A stretch of 64,000 nucleotides of DNA, taken from positions 71,052,001-71,116,000 of the forward strand of contig OZ024743.1 in NCBI GenBank assembly GCA_964016885.1, read 5' to 3'. Below the pieces are notes generated by a model. That model was given only the letters and a program-made list of their open reading frames with translations. It was not told the origin of the DNA and searched no databases. This DNA comes from Eledone cirrhosa. Lineage: Eukaryota. Shown piece after piece: positions 42,190 to 52,884 of this stretch. Position 1 is the first letter of the stretch. Each line of letters starts with the position of its first letter. The translations under genes and the position numbers were made by a program.

Positions 42190-45100
42190 TTATACTTCTC
42201 TTAGGTCAGTGTTGTTTGTTTGGGTGTTGTTGTTGTTCCACTCATTCTTTCTGTTTAGCTTTGGTCTTCTAATTTCTATTTCACTGGCCTCTCTGATTTG
42301 CCTATCTGCTGGGTCATTCCTATGTTTAGATATTATTCTAATTTCTATGTTGTCTATGTTACCGTCATGATGTTGTCTAGCATGTTCGTATAGTACTGAC
42401 CCGTTTTTTCGTCCTTTTAGTTCCCCCCAGTGTTGGTCTATCCTTTCACCTATGCTACGAGCTGTCTCACCTATGTATGTTGTTGTCGTGTTTCTACAAG
42501 TACCCTCTGTACATCTTATGCTATAGACTACGTTTCTAGTTTTACAGTTTATCCGGGGGTTCACCTTACATATGATACATTTCCTATTGGTACAGTGGGT
42601 TTTCTTAAAAGGGTAGGTTTTGCTGATCAGGGATTTTATGGTGGTTCCTGGCTTTTCTACCACCTTTATTTTTAAGTGGGTCTTTCTCAGGGCCTTTCTA
42701 CACTGGTTAGCTAATTTCCCTCCAGGGGTGGCGTCCACAAACATGACACTCTGATATCTCTGGTTGTCGTACCATGATGTGGCCTTCCCTATCTTATGTC
42801 TAGCCCTATCTAAGCTATTCCATGATTTGCTCCTGTATAGTGGGCAAATTCCTTTCATGTCCAGTTCTATGAGGGTCTTATACTTTTCCATGGCTCCTTC
42901 GTATACTCTGACTCTGTCTCTTTGGTTGTAGCCAGAGAACTGCATGCGGTTGATGAAGTGTTGGATGTGTCCTTCCATTTCTGTTGGGTCGCACATGCTG
43001 GACACATTCTTCATCACTCGTACCAAATCTGCGATCAGAATATTAAACTTAGCACTACTGGACATTGCTGAGTTTTTGAGTATCAGGTATTTGGAGGCCA
43101 TGGGTTTAGCATAGTGTGAGTGGAGAATTTGGGCTCTCTCGTCTATAGTGTTAATCCAGAGTTCTGTGTCTAATACAGGTAGTCTATTGTTAGGGTGTTT
43201 GGAAGGGAAGTCTATAGTTACAGTTATACTCTGGTGTATGGAATTAGCTATCTGCTGGATGCTTTCCATCGTGCTACGTTCTAAATCAAACTTGTTAGTG
43301 CTCTCTAGTGGGGGTGTTCTTATAACTATATTGATATCGTCTACATAACGAGAGTACATGATGAGGTCTATGGAGCTTTCATTAAGGAGATCTTTAAGTC
43401 TCCTTTCCCACCATACCATGAAAAGGTTGGCAACATCGCCAGCTATGCTGACGCCGATGGCTGCTCCCTCATTTTGGGTGTAGATTTTCTCATTGAACTT
43501 AAATATGTGGCCCTTTAGGGTAGTTTTGATACTAGCCCCTATTGCATGTGCGACCATTTTTCTTACCTGATCAGTGTTTTGGGGGGTCCGTATAGCTTTG
43601 GTCCACCCAATCCACCTTCCTATGGGAGTCTTTTTAGCCATTGAGGTTATGGTGGGGGGTCTACCTCTTATAGGTCTACTAGGGCAGAAACATCTAAGGT
43701 CATGGCTGTCTAGGTAGTCAGTGTCGTAGGTAAGTCTAAGTAGGAGGCCCAGTTCGTCTGTGTCGACGTCGCAGAACTCCACCTCACTCTCAATGATCAT
43801 CTCCACACATCTTTTCACAGCAAAATCAATGTTAATGGATGGGTACAGTGACACCACATCCATGCTGCCTATTATGCAGTTGGATAGGCTCCTGTTTTTG
43901 TTGCACTCACTGATTCTGCTGAGGAGGTCCTCTGTACTTTCACATACATCTGGGGACATCTTGATTATGGGGCGTATAACCATTGAGAGGAAGTAGGAGA
44001 TCCTGTAGTTGCTAGCTATATTAGCTCCGCATACAGGTCTTGTTGGTGGTCCTGTTGTCGGGTCGTCGACTGTCTTGTGGTCTTTGCGGAGCCCATACAA
44101 GGGTGGTATGCCATTGTTAGACGCCTGGAAGTTGTTGGCAGTGCGTCTGCTTGGCTTTAGGATGTCAGTCCACATCATCATGTGAGCGTTGAGGATTTTT
44201 TCTCTCCCATCGTGTGTTAGTTGTGCAACTTCGCTCGTGTTGGTGATGTGGGGTTGCATTGCCTCGATGTAGTTCGGCATGCTATCTATTGACATCCTAC
44301 CAGACTTATCTGTGGGTAGACACACTACCTCACCATCCCTTGTGCGCTGCTTGAGGCTAACCAAGCCTTCTACAGGTTTTATCCCAAGTTGTTGGGCCTC
44401 TGGTCTGCTCTGTCTCATAGTGTACCTGTCTACTACTTGTCTAATCTTATTTCTAGCTATGGTGAACTGTGCCTCCGTCTCGTCATCTATTTGTTGTGGT
44501 ATGCAAACTCTTTTATTAAAGGGTAACCTCGTAGGATAGATATTACCCATCTTATATGTTTTGTCAGCTGGGTTGAAAAATAGTTTCTCTAAGGGGTTGT
44601 CGTTATTTCTATCGTCATAGTTGTGTGTGTTGCTATTATTATTATCATGGTGGTTGTTGTTGTTTCTATCATTAGCTTTAATATTATTATTGTTATGATT
44701 GCTAGATGTATTGTTGTTTACTTCACCGTTATTGTTGTTGTTGTTACTGCTATTTCTACCATTGTGGTTGTTACTATTATTATGTTTCTTGTTTTTGTTG
44801 ATGTTGCTACATGTACTATTTCCATTATTACCACTGTGGTTATTGTTGTTGTTGTTGTTCGTATTGTTACCGTTATTACTACTGTGGTCACTGTTGCTGT
44901 GTCTGTGGTTAACGTTTCTATTATTATTATTATTGTGGTTGTTGTTGTTCTGTCTATCGCTAGTATTATTACCATTATCACTATTTCTCACTTTCCTGCC
45001 ATTGTTATGGTTATGGCTGTTATTTTTATACCCAGAGTTATTGTTTATATTACTACTACCGTTATTATTGTTGTTGTTGTTTACCTTTGCATTCCAACGT

Positions 45101-45822
45101 ATTTTTGTGAAACACTTTTCCAGTTCAGTTTTGCATTCCATAGGGTTAATCTTTTTGTAGATGGCAAATTTTGGTGGTAACTTTAGGATTTGTTGTTCTT
45201 GTTCACTGATTAAAGTGTTCCCATAGATATTTACTGTGTGGTCATTGGTAAATTCTTCCGGTAGTTTTACATCACTCATACGGATGTTGTCGATGTTATC
45301 TGGGTATTTTTGAGAATATTCGATTTTCCTTTCTTGTAGTTTTTTCTTATTCATCCATTCTAATTTCTTCTTGAAATGCCTACAGCATTCGTTTTGAGCA
45401 TATTTCGTTTCGCGTCGGATGACGCTCATGAAGTCATCTCTCTCGTTTGCTGTGATGAGATTTCGGATTTCCTTACCGTTGATGCGTTTTTGTCTGTAGA
45501 GTGCGTTGACTTTTGTGTATGTTGTTCTTTTCATATTAACTGTTATTGTGTGTTTTAGCCGTTCAGCTTGTGTTTTGTTCAATAATAAATTATTTACTTG
45601 TTTTGATATGTTTGTTGTGTATGTTTTGGAGGAAACACAGTGTTTTAAGAAGCGGATTTGTTCTGTTGTTATTGTAGTTTTTATATAACAGAAAACAGTG
45701 TCTTTCAATAACCTTTCAGCTTGGCACAAGCTAATGCCATAGCGGCGATGAATTAGTTTTGCGAGGTTTTTTATATGAAATCGTGTGTCGAAACAGATAT
45801 TGTTATATTTGGGGAGGGTCAT
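42190..45822 (-). CDS. PLE polyprotein, 1210 aa: N-terminal region, Asn-rich insert, reverse transcriptase, Cys-rich linker, GIY-YIG endonuclease
   Basis: TDKSG, GLRKDHK..RPV, SMDVVSLYPSI, QNEGAAIG, RYVDD, LPVLD; CxxxxCxxC..C linker; VVYSIRC..YIGETAR...R...H, REA..I, LN; no in-frame stop. Confidence 0.96.
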   Translation of the reverse strand: MTLPKYNNICFDTRFHIKNLAKLIHRRYGISLCQAERLLKDTVFCYIKTTITTEQIRFLKHCVSSKTYTTNISKQVNNLLLNKTQAERLKHTITVNMKRTTYTKVNALYRQKRINGKEIRNLITANERDDFMSVIRRETKYAQNECCRHFKKKLEWMNKKKLQERKIEYSQKYPDNIDNIRMSDVKLPEEFTNDHTVNIYGNTLISEQEQQILKLPPKFAIYKKINPMECKTELEKCFTKIRWNAKVNNNNNNNGSSNINNNSGYKNNSHNHNNGRKVRNSDNGNNTSDRQNNNNHNNNNNRNVNHRHSNSDHSSNNGNNTNNNNNNNHSGNNGNSTCSNINKNKKHNNSNNHNGRNSSNNNNNNGEVNNNTSSNHNNNNIKANDRNNNNHHDNNNSNTHNYDDRNNDNPLEKLFFNPADKTYKMGNIYPTRLPFNKRVCIPQQIDDETEAQFTIARNKIRQVVDRYTMRQSRPEAQQLGIKPVEGLVSLKQRTRDGEVVCLPTDKSGRMSIDSMPNYIEAMQPHITNTSEVAQLTHDGREKILNAHMMMWTDILKPSRRTANNFQASNNGIPPLYGLRKDHKTVDDPTTGPPTRPVCGANIASNYRISYFLSMVIRPIIKMSPDVCESTEDLLSRISECNKNRSLSNCIIGSMDVVSLYPSINIDFAVKRCVEMIIESEVEFCDVDTDELGLLLRLTYDTDYLDSHDLRCFCPSRPIRGRPPTITSMAKKTPIGRWIGWTKAIRTPQNTDQVRKMVAHAIGASIKTTLKGHIFKFNEKIYTQNEGAAIGVSIAGDVANLFMVWWERRLKDLLNESSIDLIMYSRYVDDINIVIRTPPLESTNKFDLERSTMESIQQIANSIHQSITVTIDFPSKHPNNRLPVLDTELWINTIDERAQILHSHYAKPMASKYLILKNSAMSSSAKFNILIADLVRVMKNVSSMCDPTEMEGHIQHFINRMQFSGYNQRDRVRVYEGAMEKYKTLIELDMKGICPLYRSKSWNSLDRARHKIGKATSWYDNQRYQSVMFVDATPGGKLANQCRKALRKTHLKIKVVEKPGTTIKSLISKTYPFKKTHCTNRKCIICKVNPRINCKTRNVVYSIRCTEGTCRNTTTTYIGETARSIGERIDQHWGELKGRKNGSVLYEHARQHHDGNIDNIEIRIISKHRNDPADRQIREASEIEIRRPKLNRKNEWNNNNTQTNNTDLREV

Positions 45823-46306
45823 ATTTGCGTAATATTGCCAGAATTAATAACAGAACACACTCACTGTTTGGTTGGTTTTCGCTTCTCGCTGTCTTTTATA
45901 TATATATATCTGCGATCTAACTTACTCGGTCCTCAATGTTGCCATTGACTGACCGGTGGTCAAAAATAAAATAATACAGATACAATATAGACAAACACAT
46001 ATATATATAGTTTACATAAATCTTTCGTTGCACATCTGCAACATCGTCAGTGGTGTTATATTCATTGTTCCTCCTGTTGTGTTGTATGTCTACGCCATTT
46101 TTTTTGTTCAGTCCGTCTATATATTTATTTATTTGTTTGCTTGTTTGTTTATCTTATTTTATTTTGTCTTCTTTGCGCATGCGTTTGCGTGTGTGATGTG
46201 TGACTAGTGTGTATAGTGTTGTGTCTGCTGGGTGACTAGTGTGTGTTTATGTGCTTGTGTATGTATTTATTTATCTTATTTTATTTAATTTAATTTACTT
46301 ATTTAT

Positions 46307-47101
46307 TTATACTTCTCTTAGGTCAGTGTTGTTTGTTTGGGTGTTGTTGTTGTTCCACTCATTCTTTCTGTTTAGCTTTGGTCTTCTAATTTCTATTTCA
46401 CTGGCCTCTCTGATTTGCCTATCTGCTGGGTCATTCCTATGTTTAGATATTATTCTAATTTCTATGTTGTCTATGTTACCGTCATGATGTTGTCTAGCAT
46501 GTTCGTATAGTACTGACCCGTTTTTTCGTCCTTTTAGTTCCCCCCAGTGTTGGTCTATCCTTTCACCTATGCTACGAGCTGTCTCACCTATGTATGTTGT
46601 TGTCGTGTTTCTACAAGTACCCTCTGTACATCTTATGCTATAGACTACGTTTCTAGTTTTACAGTTTATCCGGGGGTTCACCTTACATATGATACATTTC
46701 CTATTGGTACAGTGGGTTTTCTTAAAAGGGTAGGTTTTGCTGATCAGGGATTTTATGGTGGTTCCTGGCTTTTCTACCACCTTTATTTTTAAGTGGGTCT
46801 TTCTCAGGGCCTTTCTACACTGGTTAGCTAATTTCCCTCCAGGGGTGGCGTCCACAAACATGACACTCTGATATCTCTGGTTGTCGTACCATGATGTGGC
46901 CTTCCCTATCTTATGTCTAGCCCTATCTAAGCTATTCCATGATTTGCTCCTGTATAGTGGGCAAATTCCTTTCATGTCCAGTTCTATGAGGGTCTTATAC
47001 TTTTCCATGGCTCCTTCGTATACTCTGACTCTGTCTCTTTGGTTGTAGCCAGAGAACTGCATGCGGTTGATGAAGTGTTGGATGTGTCCTTCCATTTCTG
47101 T
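46307..47101 (-). pseudogene. 5'-truncated PLE ORF (thumb end + GIY-YIG)
   Basis: Identical to the C-terminus of the full ORF from TEMEGHIQH onward. Confidence 0.9.
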
Positions 47102-48767
47102 GGTGTCACTGTACCCATCCATTAACATTGATTTTGCTGTGAAAAGATGTGTGGAGATGATCATTGAGAGTGAGGTGGAGTTCTGCGACGTCGACACAGA
47201 CGAACTGGGCCTCCTACTTAGACTTACCTACGACACTGACTACCTAGACAGCCATGACCTTAGATGTTTCTGCCCTAGTAGACCTATAAGAGGTAGACCC
47301 CCCACCATAACCTCAATGGCTAAAAAGACTCCCATAGGAAGGTGGATTGGGTGGACCAAAGCTATACGGACCCCCCAAAACACTGATCAGGTAAGAAAAA
47401 TGGTCGCACATGCAATAGGGGCTAGTATCAAAACTACCCTAAAGGGCCACATATTTAAGTTCAATGAGAAAATCTACACCCAAAATGAGGGAGCAGCCAT
47501 CGGCGTCAGCATAGCTGGCGATGTTGCCAACCTTTTCATGGTATGGTGGGAAAGGAGACTTAAAGATCTCCTTAATGAAAGCTCCATAGACCTCATCATG
47601 TACTCTCGTTATGTAGACGATATCAATATAGTTATAAGAACACCCCCACTAGAGAGCACTAACAAGTTTGATTTAGAACGTAGCACGATGGAAAGCATCC
47701 AGCAGATAGCTAATTCCATACACCAGAGTATAACTGTAACTATAGACTTCCCTTCCAAACACCCTAACAATAGACTACCTGTATTAGACACAGAACTCTG
47801 GATTAACACTATAGACGAGAGAGCCCAAATTCTCCACTCACACTATGCTAAACCCATGGCCTCCAAATACCTGATACTCAAAAACTCAGCAATGTCCAGT
47901 AGTGCTAAGTTTAATATTCTGATCGCAGATTTGGTACGAGTGATGAAGAATGTGTCCAGCATGTGCGACCCAACAGAAATGGAAGGACACATCCAACACT
48001 TCATCAACCGCATGCAGTTCTCTGGCTACAACCAAAGAGACAGAGTCAGAGTATACGAAGGAGCCATGGAAAAGTATAAGACCCTCATAGAACTGGACAT
48101 GAAAGGAATTTGCCCACTATACAGGAGCAAATCATGGAATAGCTTAGATAGGGCTAGACATAAGATAGGGAAGGCCACATCATGGTACGACAACCAGAGA
48201 TATCAGAGTGTCATGTTTGTGGACGCCACCCCTGGAGGGAAATTAGCTAACCAGTGTAGAAAGGCCCTGAGAAAGACCCACTTAAAAATAAAGGTGGTAG
48301 AAAAGCCAGGAACCACCATAAAATCCCTGATCAGCAAAACCTACCCTTTTAAGAAAACCCACTGTACCAATAGGAAATGTATCATATGTAAGGTGAACCC
48401 CCGGATAAACTGTAAAACTAGAAACGTAGTCTATAGCATAAGATGTACAGAGGGTACTTGTAGAAACACGACAACAACATACATAGGTGAGACAGCTCGT
48501 AGCATAGGTGAAAGGATAGACCAACACTGGGGGGAACTAAAAGGACGAAAAAACGGGTCAGTACTATACGAACATGCTAGACAACATCATGACGGTAACA
48601 TAGACAACATAGAAATTAGAATAATATCTAAACATAGGAATGACCCAGCAGATAGGCAAATCAGAGAGGCCAGTGAAATAGAAATTAGAAGACCAAAGCT
48701 AAACAGAAAGAATGAGTGGAACAACAACAACACCCAAACAAACAACACTGACCTAAGAGAAGTATAA
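47099..48767 (+). pseudogene. 5'-truncated PLE ORF, starting just after the motif-A Asp
   Basis: VVSLYPSI...DLREV identical to the full ORF; upstream SMD is replaced by antisense-arm sequence. Confidence 0.9.
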
Positions 48768-49251
48768 ATAAATAAGTAAATTAAATTAAATAAAATAAGA
48801 TAAATAAATACATACACAAGCACATAAACACACACTAGTCACCCAGCAGACACAACACTATACACACTAGTCACACATCACACACGCAAACGCATGCGCA
48901 AAGAAGACAAAATAAAATAAGATAAACAAACAAGCAAACAAATAAATAAATATATAGACGGACTGAACAAAAAAAATGGCGTAGACATACAACACAACAG
49001 GAGGAACAATGAATATAACACCACTGACGATGTTGCAGATGTGCAACGAAAGATTTATGTAAACTATATATATATGTGTTTGTCTATATTGTATCTGTAT
49101 TATTTTATTTTTGACCACCGGTCAGTCAATGGCAACATTGAGGACCGAGTAAGTTAGATCGCAGATATATATATATAAAAGACAGCGAGAAGCGAAAACC
49201 AACCAAACAGTGAGTGTGTTCTGTTATTAATTCTGGCAATATTACGCAAAT
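48768..49251 (+). repeat. PLE pseudo-LTR/UTR (484 bp); other copies 52885-53368 (+), 45823-46306 (-), 41706-42189 (-)
   Basis: Same sequence between each stop codon and the next ATGACCCTCCCC. Confidence 0.92.
49019..49060 (+). ncRNA. Minimal hammerhead-like motif in the pLTR (copies 53136-53177 +, 46014-46055 -, 41897-41938 -)
   Basis: CA-CTGACGA-T-GTTGCA GATG TGCAAC-GAAA-GATT-TA-TG; core and stem II conserved in the diverged copy at ~57965-58008; stem I very short. Confidence 0.6.
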
Positions 49252-52200
49252 ATGACCCTCCCCAAATATAACAATATCTGTTTCGACACACGATTTCATA
49301 TAAAAAACCTCGCAAAACTAATTCATCGCCGCTATGGCATTAGCTTGTGCCAAGCTGAAAGGTTATTGAAAGACACTGTTTTCTGTTATATAAAAACTAC
49401 AATAACAACAGAACAAATCCGCTTCTTAAAACACTGTGTTTCCTCCAAAACATACACAACAAACATATCAAAACAAGTAAATAATTTATTATTGAACAAA
49501 ACACAAGCTGAACGGCTAAAACACACAATAACAGTTAATATGAAAAGAACAACATACACAAAAGTCAACGCACTCTACAGACAAAAACGCATCAACGGTA
49601 AGGAAATCCGAAATCTCATCACAGCAAACGAGAGAGATGACTTCATGAGCGTCATCCGACGCGAAACGAAATATGCTCAAAACGAATGCTGTAGGCATTT
49701 CAAGAAGAAATTAGAATGGATGAATAAGAAAAAACTACAAGAAAGGAAAATCGAATATTCTCAAAAATACCCAGATAACATCGACAACATCCGTATGAGT
49801 GATGTAAAACTACCGGAAGAATTTACCAATGACCACACAGTAAATATCTATGGGAACACTTTAATCAGTGAACAAGAACAACAAATCCTAAAGTTACCAC
49901 CAAAATTTGCCATCTACAAAAAGATTAACCCTATGGAATGCAAAACTGAACTGGAAAAGTGTTTCACAAAAATACGTTGGAATGCAAAGGTAAACAACAA
50001 CAACAATAATAACGGTAGTAGTAATATAAACAATAACTCTGGGTATAGAAATAACAGCCATAACCATAACAATGGCAGGAAAGTGAGAAATAGTGATAAT
50101 GGTAATAATACTAGCGATAGACAGAACAACAACAACCACAATAATAATAATAATAGAAACGTTAACCACAGACACAGCAACAGTGACCACAGTAGTAATA
50201 ACGGTAACAATACGAACAACAACAACAACAATAACCACAGTGGTAATAATGGAAATAGTACATGTAGCAACATCAACAAAAACAAGAAACATAATAATAG
50301 TAACAACCACAATGGTAGAAATAGCAGTAACAACAACAACAATAACGGTGAAGTAAACAACAATACATCTAGCAATCATAACAATAATAATATTAAAGCT
50401 AATGATAGAAACAACAACAACCACCATGATAATAATAATAGCAACACACACAACTATGACGATAGAAATAACGACAACCCCTTAGAGAAACTATTTTTCA
50501 ACCCAGCTGACAAAACATATAAGATGGGTAATATCTATCCTACGAGGTTACCCTTTAATAAAAGAGTTTGCATACCACAACAAATAGATGACGAGACGGA
50601 GGCACAGTTCACCATAGCTAGAAATAAGATTAGACAAGTAGTAGACAGGTACACTATGAGACAGAGCAGACCAGAGGCCCAACAACTTGGGATAAAACCT
50701 GTAGAAGGCTTGGTTAGCCTCAAGCAGCGCACAAGGGATGGTGAGGTAGTGTGTCTACCCACAGATAAGTCTGGTAGGATGTCAATAGATAGCATGCCGA
50801 ACTACATCGAGGCAATGCAACCCCACATCACCAACACGAGCGAAGTTGCACAACTAACACACGATGGGAGAGAAAAAATCCTCAACGCTCACATGATGAT
50901 GTGGACTGACATCCTAAAGCCAAGCAGACGCACTGCCAACAACTTCCAGGCGTCTAACAATGGCATACCACCCTTGTATGGGCTCCGCAAAGACCACAAG
51001 ACAGTCGACGACCCGACAACAGGACCACCAACAAGACCTGTATGCGGAGCTAATATAGCTAGCAACTACAGGATCTCCTACTTCCTCTCAATGGTTATAC
51101 GCCCCATAATCAAGATGTCCCCAGATGTATGTGAAAGTACAGAGGACCTCCTCAGCAGAATCAGTGAGTGCAACAAAAACAGGAGCCTATCCAACTGCAT
51201 AATAGGCAGCATGGATGTGGTGTCACTGTACCCATCCATTAACATTGATTTTGCTGTGAAAAGATGTGTGGAGATGATCATTGAGAGTGAGGTGGAGTTC
51301 TGCGACGTCGACACAGACGAACTGGGCCTCCTACTTAGACTTACCTACGACACTGACTACCTAGACAGCCATGACCTTAGATGTTTCTGCCCTAGTAGAC
51401 CTATAAGAGGTAGACCCCCCACCATAACCTCAATGGCTAAAAAGACTCCCATAGGAAGGTGGATTGGGTGGACCAAAGCTATACGGACCCCCCAAAACAC
51501 TGATCAGGTAAGAAAAATGGTCGCACATGCAATAGGGGCTAGTATCAAAACTACCCTAAAGGGCCACATATTTAAGTTCAATGAGAAAATCTACACCCAA
51601 AATGAGGGAGCAGCCATCGGCGTCAGCATAGCTGGCGATGTTGCCAACCTTTTCATGGTATGGTGGGAAAGGAGACTTAAAGATCTCCTTAATGAAAGCT
51701 CCATAGACCTCATCATGTACTCTCGTTATGTAGACGATATCAATATAGTTATAAGAACACCCCCACTAGAGAGCACTAACAAGTTTGATTTAGAACGTAG
51801 CACGATGGAAAGCATCCAGCAGATAGCTAATTCCATACACCAGAGTATAACTGTAACTATAGACTTCCCTTCCAAACACCCTAACAATAGACTACCTGTA
51901 TTAGACACAGAACTCTGGATTAACACTATAGACGAGAGAGCCCAAATTCTCCACTCACACTATGCTAAACCCATGGCCTCCAAATACCTGATACTCAAAA
52001 ACTCAGCAATGTCCAGTAGTGCTAAGTTTAATATTCTGATCGCAGATTTGGTACGAGTGATGAAGAATGTGTCCAGCATGTGCGACCCAACAGAAATGGA
52101 AGGACACATCCAACACTTCATCAACCGCATGCAGTTCTCTGGCTACAACCAAAGAGACAGAGTCAGAGTATACGAAGGAGCCATGGAAAAGTATAAGACC

Positions 52201-52884
52201 CTCATAGAACTGGACATGAAAGGAATTTGCCCACTATACAGGAGCAAATCATGGAATAGCTTAGATAGGGCTAGACATAAGATAGGGAAGGCCACATCAT
52301 GGTACGACAACCAGAGATATCAGAGTGTCATGTTTGTGGACGCCACCCCTGGAGGGAAATTAGCTAACCAGTGTAGAAAGGCCCTGAGAAAGACCCACTT
52401 AAAAATAAAGGTGGTAGAAAAGCCAGGAACCACCATAAAATCCCTGATCAGCAAAACCTACCCTTTTAAGAAAACCCACTGTACCAATAGGAAATGTATC
52501 ATATGTAAGGTGAACCCCCGGATAAACTGTAAAACTAGAAACGTAGTCTATAGCATAAGATGTACAGAGGGTACTTGTAGAAACACGACAACAACATACA
52601 TAGGTGAGACAGCTCGTAGCATAGGTGAAAGGATAGACCAACACTGGGGGGAACTAAAAGGACGAAAAAACGGGTCAGTACTATACGAACATGCTAGACA
52701 ACATCATGACGGTAACATAGACAACATAGAAATTAGAATAATATCTAAACATAGGAATGACCCAGCAGATAGGCAAATCAGAGAGGCCAGTGAAATAGAA
52801 ATTAGAAGACCAAAGCTAAACAGAAAGAATGAGTGGAACAACAACAACACCCAAACAAACAACACTGACCTAAGAGAAGTATAA
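49252..52884 (+). CDS. PLE polyprotein, 1210 aa (second intact copy)
   Basis: Same motifs as 42190-45822; the only amino-acid difference seen is SGYRNN vs SGYKNN. Confidence 0.96.
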   Translation: MTLPKYNNICFDTRFHIKNLAKLIHRRYGISLCQAERLLKDTVFCYIKTTITTEQIRFLKHCVSSKTYTTNISKQVNNLLLNKTQAERLKHTITVNMKRTTYTKVNALYRQKRINGKEIRNLITANERDDFMSVIRRETKYAQNECCRHFKKKLEWMNKKKLQERKIEYSQKYPDNIDNIRMSDVKLPEEFTNDHTVNIYGNTLISEQEQQILKLPPKFAIYKKINPMECKTELEKCFTKIRWNAKVNNNNNNNGSSNINNNSGYRNNSHNHNNGRKVRNSDNGNNTSDRQNNNNHNNNNNRNVNHRHSNSDHSSNNGNNTNNNNNNNHSGNNGNSTCSNINKNKKHNNSNNHNGRNSSNNNNNNGEVNNNTSSNHNNNNIKANDRNNNNHHDNNNSNTHNYDDRNNDNPLEKLFFNPADKTYKMGNIYPTRLPFNKRVCIPQQIDDETEAQFTIARNKIRQVVDRYTMRQSRPEAQQLGIKPVEGLVSLKQRTRDGEVVCLPTDKSGRMSIDSMPNYIEAMQPHITNTSEVAQLTHDGREKILNAHMMMWTDILKPSRRTANNFQASNNGIPPLYGLRKDHKTVDDPTTGPPTRPVCGANIASNYRISYFLSMVIRPIIKMSPDVCESTEDLLSRISECNKNRSLSNCIIGSMDVVSLYPSINIDFAVKRCVEMIIESEVEFCDVDTDELGLLLRLTYDTDYLDSHDLRCFCPSRPIRGRPPTITSMAKKTPIGRWIGWTKAIRTPQNTDQVRKMVAHAIGASIKTTLKGHIFKFNEKIYTQNEGAAIGVSIAGDVANLFMVWWERRLKDLLNESSIDLIMYSRYVDDINIVIRTPPLESTNKFDLERSTMESIQQIANSIHQSITVTIDFPSKHPNNRLPVLDTELWINTIDERAQILHSHYAKPMASKYLILKNSAMSSSAKFNILIADLVRVMKNVSSMCDPTEMEGHIQHFINRMQFSGYNQRDRVRVYEGAMEKYKTLIELDMKGICPLYRSKSWNSLDRARHKIGKATSWYDNQRYQSVMFVDATPGGKLANQCRKALRKTHLKIKVVEKPGTTIKSLISKTYPFKKTHCTNRKCIICKVNPRINCKTRNVVYSIRCTEGTCRNTTTTYIGETARSIGERIDQHWGELKGRKNGSVLYEHARQHHDGNIDNIEIRIISKHRNDPADRQIREASEIEIRRPKLNRKNEWNNNNTQTNNTDLREV

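Noticed and set aside
44623-45180. Leu/Val/Ile-rich ORFs of 153-185 aa (mirrored at 49894-50451)
   Set aside because: Antisense frames of the (AAC/AAT)n Asn-rich block
42190-52884. Selenocysteine recoding as reported for some Naiad PLEs
   Set aside because: Both ORFs are open with no in-frame TGA
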